Shown here in pieces: positions 17,527 through 26,799 of a DNA stretch of 64,000 bases. This DNA comes from Candidatus Cloacimonadales bacterium (GTDB lineage Bacteria > Cloacimonadota > Cloacimonadia > Cloacimonadales > DAONDQ01). The translations under genes and the position numbers were made by a program. The stretch spans positions 4,064,001 through 4,128,000 of the forward strand of contig OY759316.1 of NCBI GenBank assembly GCA_963662275.1. The letters run 5' to 3'. Position 1 is the stretch's first letter. Each line of letters begins with the position of its first letter. Below the pieces are notes generated by a model that was given only the letters and a program-made list of their open reading frames with translations, was not told the DNA's origin and did not search any database.

Positions 17527-18918
17527 TTAATAATCTGGCAAGACTTTTTTCGGATCGATTGCCTTACCTTTTACACGATACTCAAAGTGCAAATGAGACG
17601 CTGTTGCATTTCCTGTTGAACCAACTAACGCAATCTGCTGACCTTGTTGGATATTATCTCCGACTTCAACCAAATTTCTTTCATTATGAGCATAAACAGT
17701 CATAACAAAATCAGGATGCTCTATTACGATCACATTTCCATAGCCACTTTGCATACCTGCATAGACGACTCGACCATCCAGGACAGAATAGATGGGTGTA
17801 CCGGAAGGAGCTCCAATATCTAATCCCTTATGCGGTCTGCTCTGACGTAAACCAAAGCTTGAGATAACATGTCCGATAACAGGTCGAACAAGATCATTAC
17901 GCAAGCGGGAAGGATCTTTTAATTGTGGCAGCTGCTCAGTTTCAGGCTCGATTTCAGTAACCGGTTTTTGATACCTGCGAATTTTTAAATAAATCTTCTG
18001 TCCGACAAATATTTTGTTGTTACTTAGGTTATTCACTCTTCGTAATTCTTCAACAGCGATATTATACTTTCTAGATATCGAAGATAACGTTTCATGTCTT
18101 TGCACAATATGATAGGCTTCGACCAAATCCATAGAATCCTGTTCAACTTTGATCTTTTCAGGAACTTTGTTCTCTTCTTTTTTTTGATTTAATGCTTGGA
18201 CTTCATCCTCTTTCTGTTGTTTGATATTGGCTTGCATAACTTTCAATTGTTCTTCACTTACTAGTTTTATCTTTTGTCCTTTTTTGATTGAATAATTATC
18301 CATATTATTTAAGCTCATGATTTCTTTCATATCAAGACCATACATCTTGGATATCCTAAATAGATTCTCTTTTGCTTTCACGATATGATAACCTTCTTTG
18401 GGAATGGGTATTACATTTATTGTGGTTACTGCTGGGGTTTCAGGAGCTGTTTGTTGTGTTTCCGGAACTACTTGTGCTGGTTTTTCACCCATCAGTTCTT
18501 TAGTTTTTTGTAATAAACCTTCTGCTAAGCCCGGTTTTGGCTTCTCTTGAAGTTTGTTGAAATCCGGGAAAGAAGTTCCTTTTTGAGTTTTTATTTTAGC
18601 ATTTTCTGAAGTTGTTGTATTTGATTCATTCACGCTCTTTACTGGTACTTTCTTTGTTTTCTCAGTATTTTTTTGTGCGATAGCCTTACCTGGAATTTTG
18701 AGCTTTTGACCTAAACTGAGATTGTTACCGGTCAACTTGTTAGCTTGCTTGATTTGATCAACCGTTACGTGATATGTTTTTGAAAGCTGATAGAGAGTAT
18801 CACCCTTACGGACGGTATGTACCTGGTTTGATTGTGCTGCGACAGATAATATCTGAAAAACAAAAATGCAGATCATAACGAAACGAATAAGAATGTTACT
18901 TCGAAGATTAGAAGGCAA
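17527..18918 (-). CDS. Three-LysM / M23 peptidase (NlpD-like)
   Basis: HTVRKGDTL-type LysM repeats; HKGLDI, YAHN, GSTGNATASHLHFE. Confidence 0.9.
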   Translation of the reverse strand: MPSNLRSNILIRFVMICIFVFQILSVAAQSNQVHTVRKGDTLYQLSKTYHVTVDQIKQANKLTGNNLSLGQKLKIPGKAIAQKNTEKTKKVPVKSVNESNTTTSENAKIKTQKGTSFPDFNKLQEKPKPGLAEGLLQKTKELMGEKPAQVVPETQQTAPETPAVTTINVIPIPKEGYHIVKAKENLFRISKMYGLDMKEIMSLNNMDNYSIKKGQKIKLVSEEQLKVMQANIKQQKEDEVQALNQKKEENKVPEKIKVEQDSMDLVEAYHIVQRHETLSSISRKYNIAVEELRRVNNLSNNKIFVGQKIYLKIRRYQKPVTEIEPETEQLPQLKDPSRLRNDLVRPVIGHVISSFGLRQSRPHKGLDIGAPSGTPIYSVLDGRVVYAGMQSGYGNVIVIEHPDFVMTVYAHNERNLVEVGDNIQQGQQIALVGSTGNATASHLHFEYRVKGKAIDPKKVLPDY

Positions 18919-19183
18919 TCAAAAAATCCTTATATTCTTTCGATGAAGAAAATTGCTCAATTTCAGAGGATGTGATTAACGCAATATCATGACCTTCCTG
19001 AACCAAAGGAATAAACACATCCAATTGGTCTTGTTCGCCTTGAGCGACGATTAGAACATTCCCATTGATCTGATTTTTTACGTATCCCGTGATACCTGTC
19101 AACTCGGCTTGACGTTTTACGAACCAGCGATATCCAACACCTTGCACACGACCTCTCATGATGATTTCATAAGTTACTTTCAT
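18908..19183 (-). CDS. acyP: Acylphosphatase
   Basis: GRVQGVGYR, GYVKN. Start uncertain. Confidence 0.9.
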   Translation of the reverse strand: MKVTYEIIMRGRVQGVGYRWFVKRQAELTGITGYVKNQINGNVLIVAQGEQDQLDVFIPLVQEGHDIALITSSEIEQFSSSKEYKDFLIAF

Positions 19184-19455
19184 AGTCACCATTATTTGCT
19201 TAAAGCAATAATTCTTCCACTCAACTTCATGAATAGACTCCAACTCTATTAACTACCTCAGTTTGCAACAAATTATAGATTGAGAATAATATGCTACTCA
19301 ACAGCTCTTACTTCTGACTTTTTATGTATTTTGTCAAGTTTTCATATCTCGCTTATTCAGAACACTGCATTTGTAACATCTATAAAAGCGCTGTTAATTA
19401 CCCATACCTCATACAGTGTACCGTTGGAAATTGTTTATAGTTGGTTCTGAATTGT

Positions 19456-19896
19456 TTATCTTCCTACAATATCCAACCCATGCTTCAATAACAACGACCG
19501 ATATTCATCTTGGAAACTATGCTGTTTATGATGCTCTTCCTGGTTATGAATGTATGTTTTCACCGTTTCGATCATGGAATATGAACACGTGAATGCGCCA
19601 TATCACTCTTGCCATTCAAAACGACATTTCAATTCCGGTAATGTATTTAAAAACCTACTCGTATTTGCTTTTACAACTTTAGCAATCTCCATGACTGTGT
19701 GTTTTGCCGGCATATTGATCAACAAATGGACATGATCGGGCATGACAAACCCACATTCCGAATGACATTCGTATTTTTTGCAGATACCTGCCATGTAATT
19801 CATAACCATATCACGTTTTTCAAGTGCAAATATCGGGTAACGTGATTTTGGTGCAAAGACATAATGGATGAATAGTTGAGTGAATGTGTGAGACAT
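19456..19896 (-). pseudogene. tnpA: IS200/IS605-family TnpA (Y1) with an internal TGA at 19603-19605
   Basis: MSHTFTQLFIHYVF..MPDHVHLL..FEWQE*YGAFTCS..YIHNQEEHHKQHSFQDEY. The frame continues to TAA at 19456; the family consensus is WQEGYGAF. Confidence 0.85.
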
Positions 19897-19919
19897 AGTA
19901 CCCTCCCTAATTTGTTTTG

Positions 19920-20052
19920 GTTCCGTCCTGCGGACTAGATTCATTCGTACCTTAAGGACTCTTGTAGCGCTGACTTCAGGCGGTTATTTCACGATCATCG
20001 CTAACCCAGGAAGGACTTCCTGGGCTAACAGAATAACGTCCTTCGGACTGGA
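19920..20052. repeat. Hairpins and a REP copy upstream of tnpA (probable element end)
   Basis: GTCC-tgc-GGAC, GTAGCGCTGACTTCAGGCGG, CCCAGGAAG-ga-CTTCCTGGG, GTCC-ttc-GGAC. Confidence 0.55.
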
Positions 20053-20073
20053 CTAGATGGTCGTTCACAGACG

Positions 20074-21030
20074 CTATTGAATGATCACAAATTTCCCTGT
20101 TGCTATTTGTCTTCCTAAATCTATGCGATAGAAGTAGATTCCCGGCATCACCTTATTCTGCTTGAGGTTTTTTCCATTCCATGTGATGGTTCTGTTTGCC
20201 GTTTGTTTATCCTGGAAAACCAACTCCCCTTTGATGTTATAAATACTGACGTCGAGGTTATCTGGCTGTTTTGTTGAAACCTGCAGGTTGATGATGTCTT
20301 TTGACGGATTTGGATATACTGTAACTTTCTGAATTATTGGAGATGCGATCTGGTCATCAGAGGCAACGATATTCGGTTGCGCTTCATTCAGTACATAGAC
20401 CAATCCACCATTCAAAGAGTTGGAGAAAACTTCAATCCCATATTCCTTCGTTTCCCACTGGTAGGCATCATATTCAGTATTGCTGCTATAATGAAATTTC
20501 ACTAACACTGCTGAGTGCGTACCCCAATGCGTCGTAAGTTGTCCCTCTGCAATTACCGAACCTGAAATAGTATAATCTACACTACCATATTCCGAGGTAT
20601 AGTTATATGTTCCCTGCCATGTTTGATTAAAGAAATGAGGTAAACCAGTCGGAACACCTGGTGTCCAAACATACGTTCCTACACTTTCATAGCCTAATTG
20701 TACAAAATCATCTATGGTTTGTTGAAAATAGTTATTTCCAATCAGCAGCCCATTAACTCGTCCTTCATCACTTTTAATGAAATTGGCATTGGGGAAAGCA
20801 GGAACATTTGAACAAAAGCTGAATGTATTATTTTCATAACCTTGAGAAGGAATAGTAAAGTTCCAAACCTTTCCTGTCCCTGGTGTCAGATCTGTTGAAG
20901 ACTGGTTCCAACTTCCTTCCTTGTAGTTACGAATCTGACCTGGAATCCATCCATAATCCGCTTTTAAAATCGTCAACGCTGTAAGCTGGATGGTGAATAA
21001 ACCCAAAACGATAGCACAATATAATCTCAT
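20074..21030 (-). CDS. Secreted protein with T9SS/FlgD-type C-terminal domain
   Basis: Signal peptide; C-terminal YPNPS..IYNIKGELV..WNG..GIYF. Start at MRLY inferred. Confidence 0.75.
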   Translation of the reverse strand: MRLYCAIVLGLFTIQLTALTILKADYGWIPGQIRNYKEGSWNQSSTDLTPGTGKVWNFTIPSQGYENNTFSFCSNVPAFPNANFIKSDEGRVNGLLIGNNYFQQTIDDFVQLGYESVGTYVWTPGVPTGLPHFFNQTWQGTYNYTSEYGSVDYTISGSVIAEGQLTTHWGTHSAVLVKFHYSSNTEYDAYQWETKEYGIEVFSNSLNGGLVYVLNEAQPNIVASDDQIASPIIQKVTVYPNPSKDIINLQVSTKQPDNLDVSIYNIKGELVFQDKQTANRTITWNGKNLKQNKVMPGIYFYRIDLGRQIATGKFVIIQ

Positions 21031-21111
21031 GATTGACCCCCTTTTATGGTTTGATTTATTGACAACATTCATTTGAATCTGTCAAGTTACTAATAAAAAC
21101 AAGGAGATTTT

Positions 21112-21513
21112 ATGGGATTACAACTAAATACGAAACGTTTTGTTTTAATGCTAATTCTCTTGCCTATTATTGTTGTTTTCGGTCTTACCACCAAATGGTA
21201 TAAAGGACCATATCATTCCTGGGTAAATGATTCTTTTGGGGGAGTTGTTTATGAAGTGTTCTGGTGCTTGTTGTTCTCACTCCCGGGAATCTGGAAAAAG
21301 CTAAATATTGCCCTCGGTGTATTCATTGTCACTTGTCTCCTGGAATTCCTCCAACTCTGGCATCCACCATTTCTAACGCTGATTCGTTCCTATAAACTCG
21401 GGGGATATTTACTGGGAACAGTCTTCCAATGGAAGGATTTTCCTTATTATGGGATCGGCTGCTGGTTGGGATATAGGTTGTTGAAAGGATTAGATAAATC
21501 TGGTCGTAAATAA
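21112..21513 (+). CDS. DUF2809-like membrane protein
   Basis: GGVVYEVFW, LEFLQLWH, LGTVFQWKDF; AGGAG RBS. Confidence 0.7.
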   Translation: MGLQLNTKRFVLMLILLPIIVVFGLTTKWYKGPYHSWVNDSFGGVVYEVFWCLLFSLPGIWKKLNIALGVFIVTCLLEFLQLWHPPFLTLIRSYKLGGYLLGTVFQWKDFPYYGIGCWLGYRLLKGLDKSGRK

Positions 21514-21594
21514 CAGTAATTCACATTACGTAACTCATGTATAACACTTCATCAGATACATGAGTACAAATACATACATATCAGATCACTATGA

Positions 21595-21719
21595 TTATAC
21601 AAAGTTCAATCCAAGTTCATATCAGTTTGATTCCTGTTTCATTCCTGTCTCGAGAGATTGGAATGGAACAAGATTAGCTTTGGTTTAGGTTTGCTTTTAG
21701 TCCGGTAGTATCCTTTGAG
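21595..21719 (+). repeat. 125-bp palindromic element built of 11-bp units (copy 1)
   Basis: CAATCCAAGTT CATATCAGTTT GATTCCTGTTT CATTCCTGTCT then inverted units; aligns end to end with the reverse complement of 56006..56130. Confidence 0.75.
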
Positions 21720-21752
21720 AACGAAGTCTATGCAAAGGAAGGGATTAGAAAT

Positions 21753-21823
21753 CGGAACGCTGTTTTCAAACGGCTATGCATTTTCAAATGGCAAGATCAT
21801 AGCTTACTAAATTAAGCGTTCCA
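21753..21823. repeat. Inverted GGAACGC REP doublet
   Basis: Both arms recur in mirror orientation at 59147..59242. Confidence 0.75.
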
Positions 21824-21840
21824 TCCGCATACTTTCAGAC

Positions 21841-21943
21841 TCCGAGGTTGCAAACCATCGGATAGAACAAGATACAATCTTATGTTACAATACCCCGAAG
21901 TAATAAACATCGGGAATTAACAAGATACAATCTTATGATACAA
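21841..21943 (-). repeat. Two tandem CCGA..TCGG-AACAAGATACAATCTTATG elements
   Basis: AACAAGATACAATCTTATG occurs twice; a third, inverted copy lies at 55847..55896. Confidence 0.75.
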
Positions 21944-21946
21944 CAA

Positions 21947-22852
21947 TTAGGTAAAGAAGTAGATGACCGCAGGCAGATAGACGATAGCAATGAGGATTGA
22001 TAAAGAAACGCAGGTGGCAGCAAATTCAATATCCATTTCTTCCAGTTTGGCAAAGATCAGCGTATTGAACCCAATTGGTGTGGAAGCGCTGGCAATGACG
22101 ATCGTACGGTTCATACCTTCCAGACCGAAGATGTAGCTCAATAATATGCCCAATCCCAGACCGCCGACCATTCGAATAAGGATAGCAACGAGAGCTTTGT
22201 CCATAATTTTTAGTTTCGGTTCAAAGAATAAGCCGAGAGAGATCATGATTAACGGAGTGGTGGGATTACCTACCAGGGTGAGGAAGTTGGTTCCGATTTC
22301 AGGTAATTGAATATTGCACACACGGAGCAGGATACCGATGATCAATCCCCAGAGAGGGGGCAGTTTCAGAAACTTGATCCAATCCACTTTGTCATGGTGG
22401 ATACTGTGTTTTCCATGCCTGATAGCAACGTAGTAAATGAAAGTAAAGATGAGCAGGCTGTTTCCCACATCAAAAAGTGATGCTCGGGCAAAGCCTTCCT
22501 GACCGAAAGCGGCATAAAAGAAAGGCAGGGAAAAGCCGGTATTCATGATCATTGTTCCTACGAGGAAACTACCCATTGTTTGTTTGGGAAGCTTCAGCAG
22601 TTTACCTATTCCTGAAGAGAAGAAGTAAACGATAAAGATGATCAATTGTGCTATGAGTGGAATATAGATAAGTGACCAGGTCAGTTGCAGTCTAAGGATG
22701 GATAGTATCTGCAGGGCAGGAAGAGTGACGGAAAGCACAAGTTTCAACAACAGGTGCCCATCGTCTCTCTTCAATAACCCAACACGTTTGATAAGAATAC
22801 CGAGGAAAAAGGTCAGGATGACAGGGATTATTTTATGTATAAATTCCTGCAT
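21947..22852 (-). CDS. AEC (auxin efflux carrier) family transporter
   Basis: About 10 TM segments; VTLPAL, MNTGFSLP, PLIMISLG, STPIG. Confidence 0.85.
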   Translation of the reverse strand: MQEFIHKIIPVILTFFLGILIKRVGLLKRDDGHLLLKLVLSVTLPALQILSILRLQLTWSLIYIPLIAQLIIFIVYFFSSGIGKLLKLPKQTMGSFLVGTMIMNTGFSLPFFYAAFGQEGFARASLFDVGNSLLIFTFIYYVAIRHGKHSIHHDKVDWIKFLKLPPLWGLIIGILLRVCNIQLPEIGTNFLTLVGNPTTPLIMISLGLFFEPKLKIMDKALVAILIRMVGGLGLGILLSYIFGLEGMNRTIVIASASTPIGFNTLIFAKLEEMDIEFAATCVSLSILIAIVYLPAVIYFFT

Positions 22853-22888
22853 ATTAATACCTTACATTATGAAGATCGCAGAGAAGAT

Positions 22889-23003
22889 GGATTCCCGATC
22901 AAGTCGGGAATGACAACTCGCATTCGCAAAGATGACAAACCGAGAACTATCCCCCCTTGAGAAGGGGGGTAGGGGGGTCTCTTCGTTCGTACTTCGCACT
23001 TCT
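22889..23003. repeat. ATTCCC-N9-GGGAATGAC palindrome, then a CCCCCTT..AAGGGGG element and heptamers
   Basis: ATCCCCCCTTGAGAAGGGGGGTAGGGGGGTC recurs at 27333 and nearly identically at about 39871. Confidence 0.75.
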
Positions 23004-26000
23004 AAGATATCCTGTCAATCCGCATGACAACATGCTTACCATTGATATCAAATATCTTCATGGTATCATCTGATTCGCGTATACGGGATATCTGCTTCGC
23101 TAAAGTTTCAGCTTGAATGTAGTCTCCATGTTTCACAAAGACTGCTTCAATTTCATCATCACCATACCATTCAATCTCGATTCTATCAAGAATATCGAAA
23201 TCTTGTTCCTTGCGGGTAAACTGTATCTTATTCACCAATTCACGGGCATAGCCTTCTTCTATCAGTTCGGCAGTCAGTGAAGTATCGAGAGCTACAAATA
23301 GATCACGGTACTGCTCAAAGACATAGCCTTCTCTCTGTTTTAAGGAAACTGCAAGGTCTTCTGCAGTTACAGAATTCTTCTCACCATCCATTTCAAATTC
23401 AAAGGGCTTGCCTTCCTGGAAGGAAGACATGATGATCGCAGCATCCATCTGTGAAAGCTTATCGGCAACCTGCTTCATCTGCTTTCCAAACTTAGGACCC
23501 ATGACTTTGAAGTTGGGCTTGATTTCATATTGCACAAAATCATCATGCTCGGAAATGAAACGGATTTCCTTCACATTGATCTCTTCATAGATAAGCTCTG
23601 ACATACGATCTGCCACTGCTTTTGCCTTGATGGGAACATACAGTGCCTGGAGAGTCTGTCTCACTTTGATCTGGCAGGTATTACGGGCAGCTCTGCCCAA
23701 TGAAACGAGGTCAATGACCATCTTCATTTCTTTTTCCAGTTCAGGTTTGATATAGGATTCATCAAAAGACGGATAGTCTGTCAGATGAACGCTGTCCTTG
23801 CCTGTCAGGTTTGTGAAGATATCTTCAGCCATGTATGGTGTGAATGGTGCGATGAGCTGGCATACCTTGATCAAGAGATGATGCAGTATGCTGTACGCAT
23901 TCTTCTTATCAGAGGTCAGTTCCATAGCCCAGAATCTTCTTCTGCTGCGGCGTACGTACCAGTTGGAGATCTCGTCCTGGACGAAGTCCTGGATGAGTCT
24001 CACGGAACGTGTGAAATCAAAATCCTCATTGTTCTTGTTCACTTCCTTGATGACAGAATGCAAACGGGACATGATCCAGGTATCGATCTCTGTCATTTCA
24101 GAAACGGGTACTTCATAGTTATTGGCATCGAAGTTATCGATGTTGGCATAGGTCACATAGAAGGAATAAACATTCTTCATGGTGCCCATGAACTTGCTGA
24201 TGATCTCTTCCACACCCTTGGGGTCGAAGCGTTTCGGCAGCCAGGGATTGCTGATTTCGATCAAATACCAGCGTATCGCATCTGCGCCATAATGTTGCAT
24301 CAGTTGCATGGGATCGAGCGTATTGCCCTTGCTTTTGCTCATTTTAATGCCATTCTTATCGAGGATGAGGTCATTCACCAAACAATTCTTGAAGGGTGCG
24401 ACGCCTTTGATCATCGTCGAAATAGCGAGCAAGGTATAGAACCAACCGCGTGTCTGGTCGATACCTTCTGAGATGAAGTCAGCAGGGAAGAGTTCAGAAT
24501 CAAAGATTTCCTTATTTTCAAAGGGATAATGCCATTGGGCGAAAGGCATGGCTCCGCTGTCAAACCAGCAGTCAATGACTTCACTAGTACGGTGCATCCT
24601 GCCATTACATCCGAGGCATTTCATTTCAATATTATCCACATAAGGTTTATGCAGTTCGATATCTTCGGGAACGGGTGAGCCGTCCGTGAGTGTGCCTTTC
24701 TCTCTCAGTTCAGCGATGGAACCGACAGAATCGAGCTTTCCACAATCGTCACAAACCCAGATATTGAGCGGTGTGCCCCAGAAGCGGTCACGAGAGATAG
24801 CCCAGTCAACGTTGTTTTCCAGCCATTCACCGAATCTCTTTTCACCGACGAAGGGTGGGAACCAATTCACAGAGGCATTGTTCTGCTTCATGAGGTCTTT
24901 ATATTCGCTGGTGCGGATGTACCAGCTATCACGCGCATAATAAATGAGCGGGCTGTCACAGCGCCAGCAATGAGGATAGCTGTGCAGTATCTGTAAACGC
25001 TTGTAGAGATTGCCTGATTCCTTCAGATGCTTGATAATATCCTTATCGGCAGCTTTCACAAATATGCCTGCCCAAGGTGTTATCATCTGGTTGAACTTGC
25101 CTTCTCCATCCACAGGTTGAATGAAGGGCAAGTCATACTTCAGGGCAAGCTGGTAGTCATCCTGTCCAAAAGCAGGAGCGGTATGCACGATACCGGTACC
25201 GTCATCCATGGTGACATAATCAGCCAAACCAACGTACCAAGCTTTCTTATCCGGTTCAACGAAACGGAAGAGAGGTTCATAAGGCTGGTATTCAAGCGTT
25301 TTGCCTTCGAATTCAGAGATGATTTCATATTCTCCATCGAGGATGGTAAGACGTGCTTTTGCCAGGATGAGGATTTGCTCATTGTGTTTCACTTTCACAT
25401 AGGTTTCATCGGGATGAACAGCCAAAGCCACATTGGATATTAAAGTCCAGGGCGTGGTTGTCCAGGCGAGGAACCAAATATTTTCTTCACTCATCGACTT
25501 GAATTTAACGAATACGGAAGGGTCTTCCACATCACGGTAACCCTGTGCCACTTCATGGCTGGAGAGGGGAGTACCGCAGCTAGGGCAATACGGAACGATC
25601 TTGTAGCCTTTATAGATCAAGCCTTTCTGATACATCTGGTTCAAAAGCCACCAGACAGATTCAATATAGTTGTTCTGCAAAGTGACATAGGGATGCTCCA
25701 TATCGAGCCAATAGCCCATTTCATCTGTCATTTCCCGCCAGAGGCTTTCATATTTAAAAACTGATTCCTTGCATTTTTTGTTGAAAGGTTCGATTCCATA
25801 CGCTTCAATATCTTTTTTATTGCTGAGTCCGAGTTCTTTTTCCACTTCAATTTCCACGGGTAAGCCATGGGTATCCCAACCGGCTTTGCGTTTGACCTGG
25901 AAACCCTTCATGGTTTTATAACGGCAGACAATGTCCTTCAATGTACGGGACATCATATGATGAATCCCGGGACGACCGTTGGCAGTGGGTGGACCTTCAA

Positions 26001-26130
26001 AGAAGACGAACTGTGGGTTTCCTTCCCTGTAACTTACACTTTTATCTGGGATTTGATGTGTTTTCCAATAAGCACGAACACGTGCTTCGAGATGGGCAGA
26101 CTTTTCCTTCAAATCGATGGTTTTATACAT
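23002..26130 (-). CDS. ileS: Isoleucine--tRNA ligase (type 2)
   Basis: EGPPTANG, GWDTHGLP, WTTTPWTL, GTGIVHTAP, WAISRDRFWGTP, DQTRGWF, KMSKS; long type-2 C-terminus (EGYARELVNKIQ). Confidence 0.97.
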   Translation of the reverse strand: MYKTIDLKEKSAHLEARVRAYWKTHQIPDKSVSYREGNPQFVFFEGPPTANGRPGIHHMMSRTLKDIVCRYKTMKGFQVKRKAGWDTHGLPVEIEVEKELGLSNKKDIEAYGIEPFNKKCKESVFKYESLWREMTDEMGYWLDMEHPYVTLQNNYIESVWWLLNQMYQKGLIYKGYKIVPYCPSCGTPLSSHEVAQGYRDVEDPSVFVKFKSMSEENIWFLAWTTTPWTLISNVALAVHPDETYVKVKHNEQILILAKARLTILDGEYEIISEFEGKTLEYQPYEPLFRFVEPDKKAWYVGLADYVTMDDGTGIVHTAPAFGQDDYQLALKYDLPFIQPVDGEGKFNQMITPWAGIFVKAADKDIIKHLKESGNLYKRLQILHSYPHCWRCDSPLIYYARDSWYIRTSEYKDLMKQNNASVNWFPPFVGEKRFGEWLENNVDWAISRDRFWGTPLNIWVCDDCGKLDSVGSIAELREKGTLTDGSPVPEDIELHKPYVDNIEMKCLGCNGRMHRTSEVIDCWFDSGAMPFAQWHYPFENKEIFDSELFPADFISEGIDQTRGWFYTLLAISTMIKGVAPFKNCLVNDLILDKNGIKMSKSKGNTLDPMQLMQHYGADAIRWYLIEISNPWLPKRFDPKGVEEIISKFMGTMKNVYSFYVTYANIDNFDANNYEVPVSEMTEIDTWIMSRLHSVIKEVNKNNEDFDFTRSVRLIQDFVQDEISNWYVRRSRRRFWAMELTSDKKNAYSILHHLLIKVCQLIAPFTPYMAEDIFTNLTGKDSVHLTDYPSFDESYIKPELEKEMKMVIDLVSLGRAARNTCQIKVRQTLQALYVPIKAKAVADRMSELIYEEINVKEIRFISEHDDFVQYEIKPNFKVMGPKFGKQMKQVADKLSQMDAAIIMSSFQEGKPFEFEMDGEKNSVTAEDLAVSLKQREGYVFEQYRDLFVALDTSLTAELIEEGYARELVNKIQFTRKEQDFDILDRIEIEWYGDDEIEAVFVKHGDYIQAETLAKQISRIRESDDTMKIFDINGKHVVMRIDRIS

Positions 26131-26133
26131 GAA

Positions 26134-26508
26134 TTATTTTTCTCCAATCTTACGAGTACCGGTCTTTCTTACTGGAGCTCCGGCAGCGAACTTAGGCTTT
26201 GGTTTCTTATCTTCGTGATGAGGTGCCTTGTGATGATCTTCCTTCGCGGCATCAGCAATCATTTCTTCCGTTGGTTCTTCAAACAGTTCATGGAAATGTT
26301 CCTTAAGTTCAGGAATCGCTTCCACATATTCCTTCCATTCTGCCATTGCTTTAGGTTCATCCACACATTTAGGACATAAAATCAGGGTATTTTCTTGTGA
26401 TACACCTGTGTAAGCACGGTCATAACATAAATGACAGCTTTTTTTTGTACGATTCGCCAACGCAATCTGCTTGGCTTTTTCCAAATGGACTTCTTCTAAA
26501 TGATACAT
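26134..26508 (-). CDS. Hypothetical protein with CxxC..CxxC motif and basic tail
   Basis: GAGGAG RBS before ATG 26508; CHLC and CPKC; 3 bp upstream of ileS. Confidence 0.75.
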   Translation of the reverse strand: MYHLEEVHLEKAKQIALANRTKKSCHLCYDRAYTGVSQENTLILCPKCVDEPKAMAEWKEYVEAIPELKEHFHELFEEPTEEMIADAAKEDHHKAPHHEDKKPKPKFAAGAPVRKTGTRKIGEK

Positions 26509-26609
26509 AACACACTCCTCTTTTGAGTTTATCAGTGTTTGGTTCAAGATTATTACTTGGTTGATTTAAGCAATTAATTTTTTATTCCCTTTGTCAAGTT
26601 TTCAATATT

Positions 26610-26744
26610 GTGAAGCAAGACGCCGTTCTTGCTGAACCTCTTTGTGGAGTAGGATGCCGATCCTACTGAACACGAAACCCAAGAGTTTTTGAATTCCTCT
26701 TTTTCAGTAATCACTTTTTCAGTAGGATCGGCATCCTACTCCAC
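26610..26744. repeat. Three-REP cluster (+,+,-)
   Basis: 26610-26633, 26644-26667 and 26721-26744; same family and layout as 38773..38899. Confidence 0.85.
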
Positions 26745-26799
26745 GCATATAACAACATTGCACCTTGACAAGATAATGCATTCATGGCATAAGAAGAAC

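Noticed and set aside
19603..19605. TGA=Gly recoding (genetic code 25) or selenocysteine
   Set aside because: TGA ends rnpA, jag, rlmH and efp at their expected C-termini, and the position is a conserved Gly rather than Cys.
22891..22911. Neisseria dRS3 element
   Set aside because: Similar ATTCCC..GGGAAT palindrome but with a 9-nt core and one copy; kept only as a generic palindrome.
24632..24640. Single TTATCCACA in ileS
   Set aside because: An isolated match is expected by chance in AT-rich DNA.
23785..26379. Long antisense ORFs (228, 138 and 170 aa) opposite ileS
   Set aside because: Shadow frames of a conserved gene with no recognisable motifs.
26689..26799. N-terminal extension of ppx
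   Set aside because: Derived from REP sequence; homology starts after ATG 26800.
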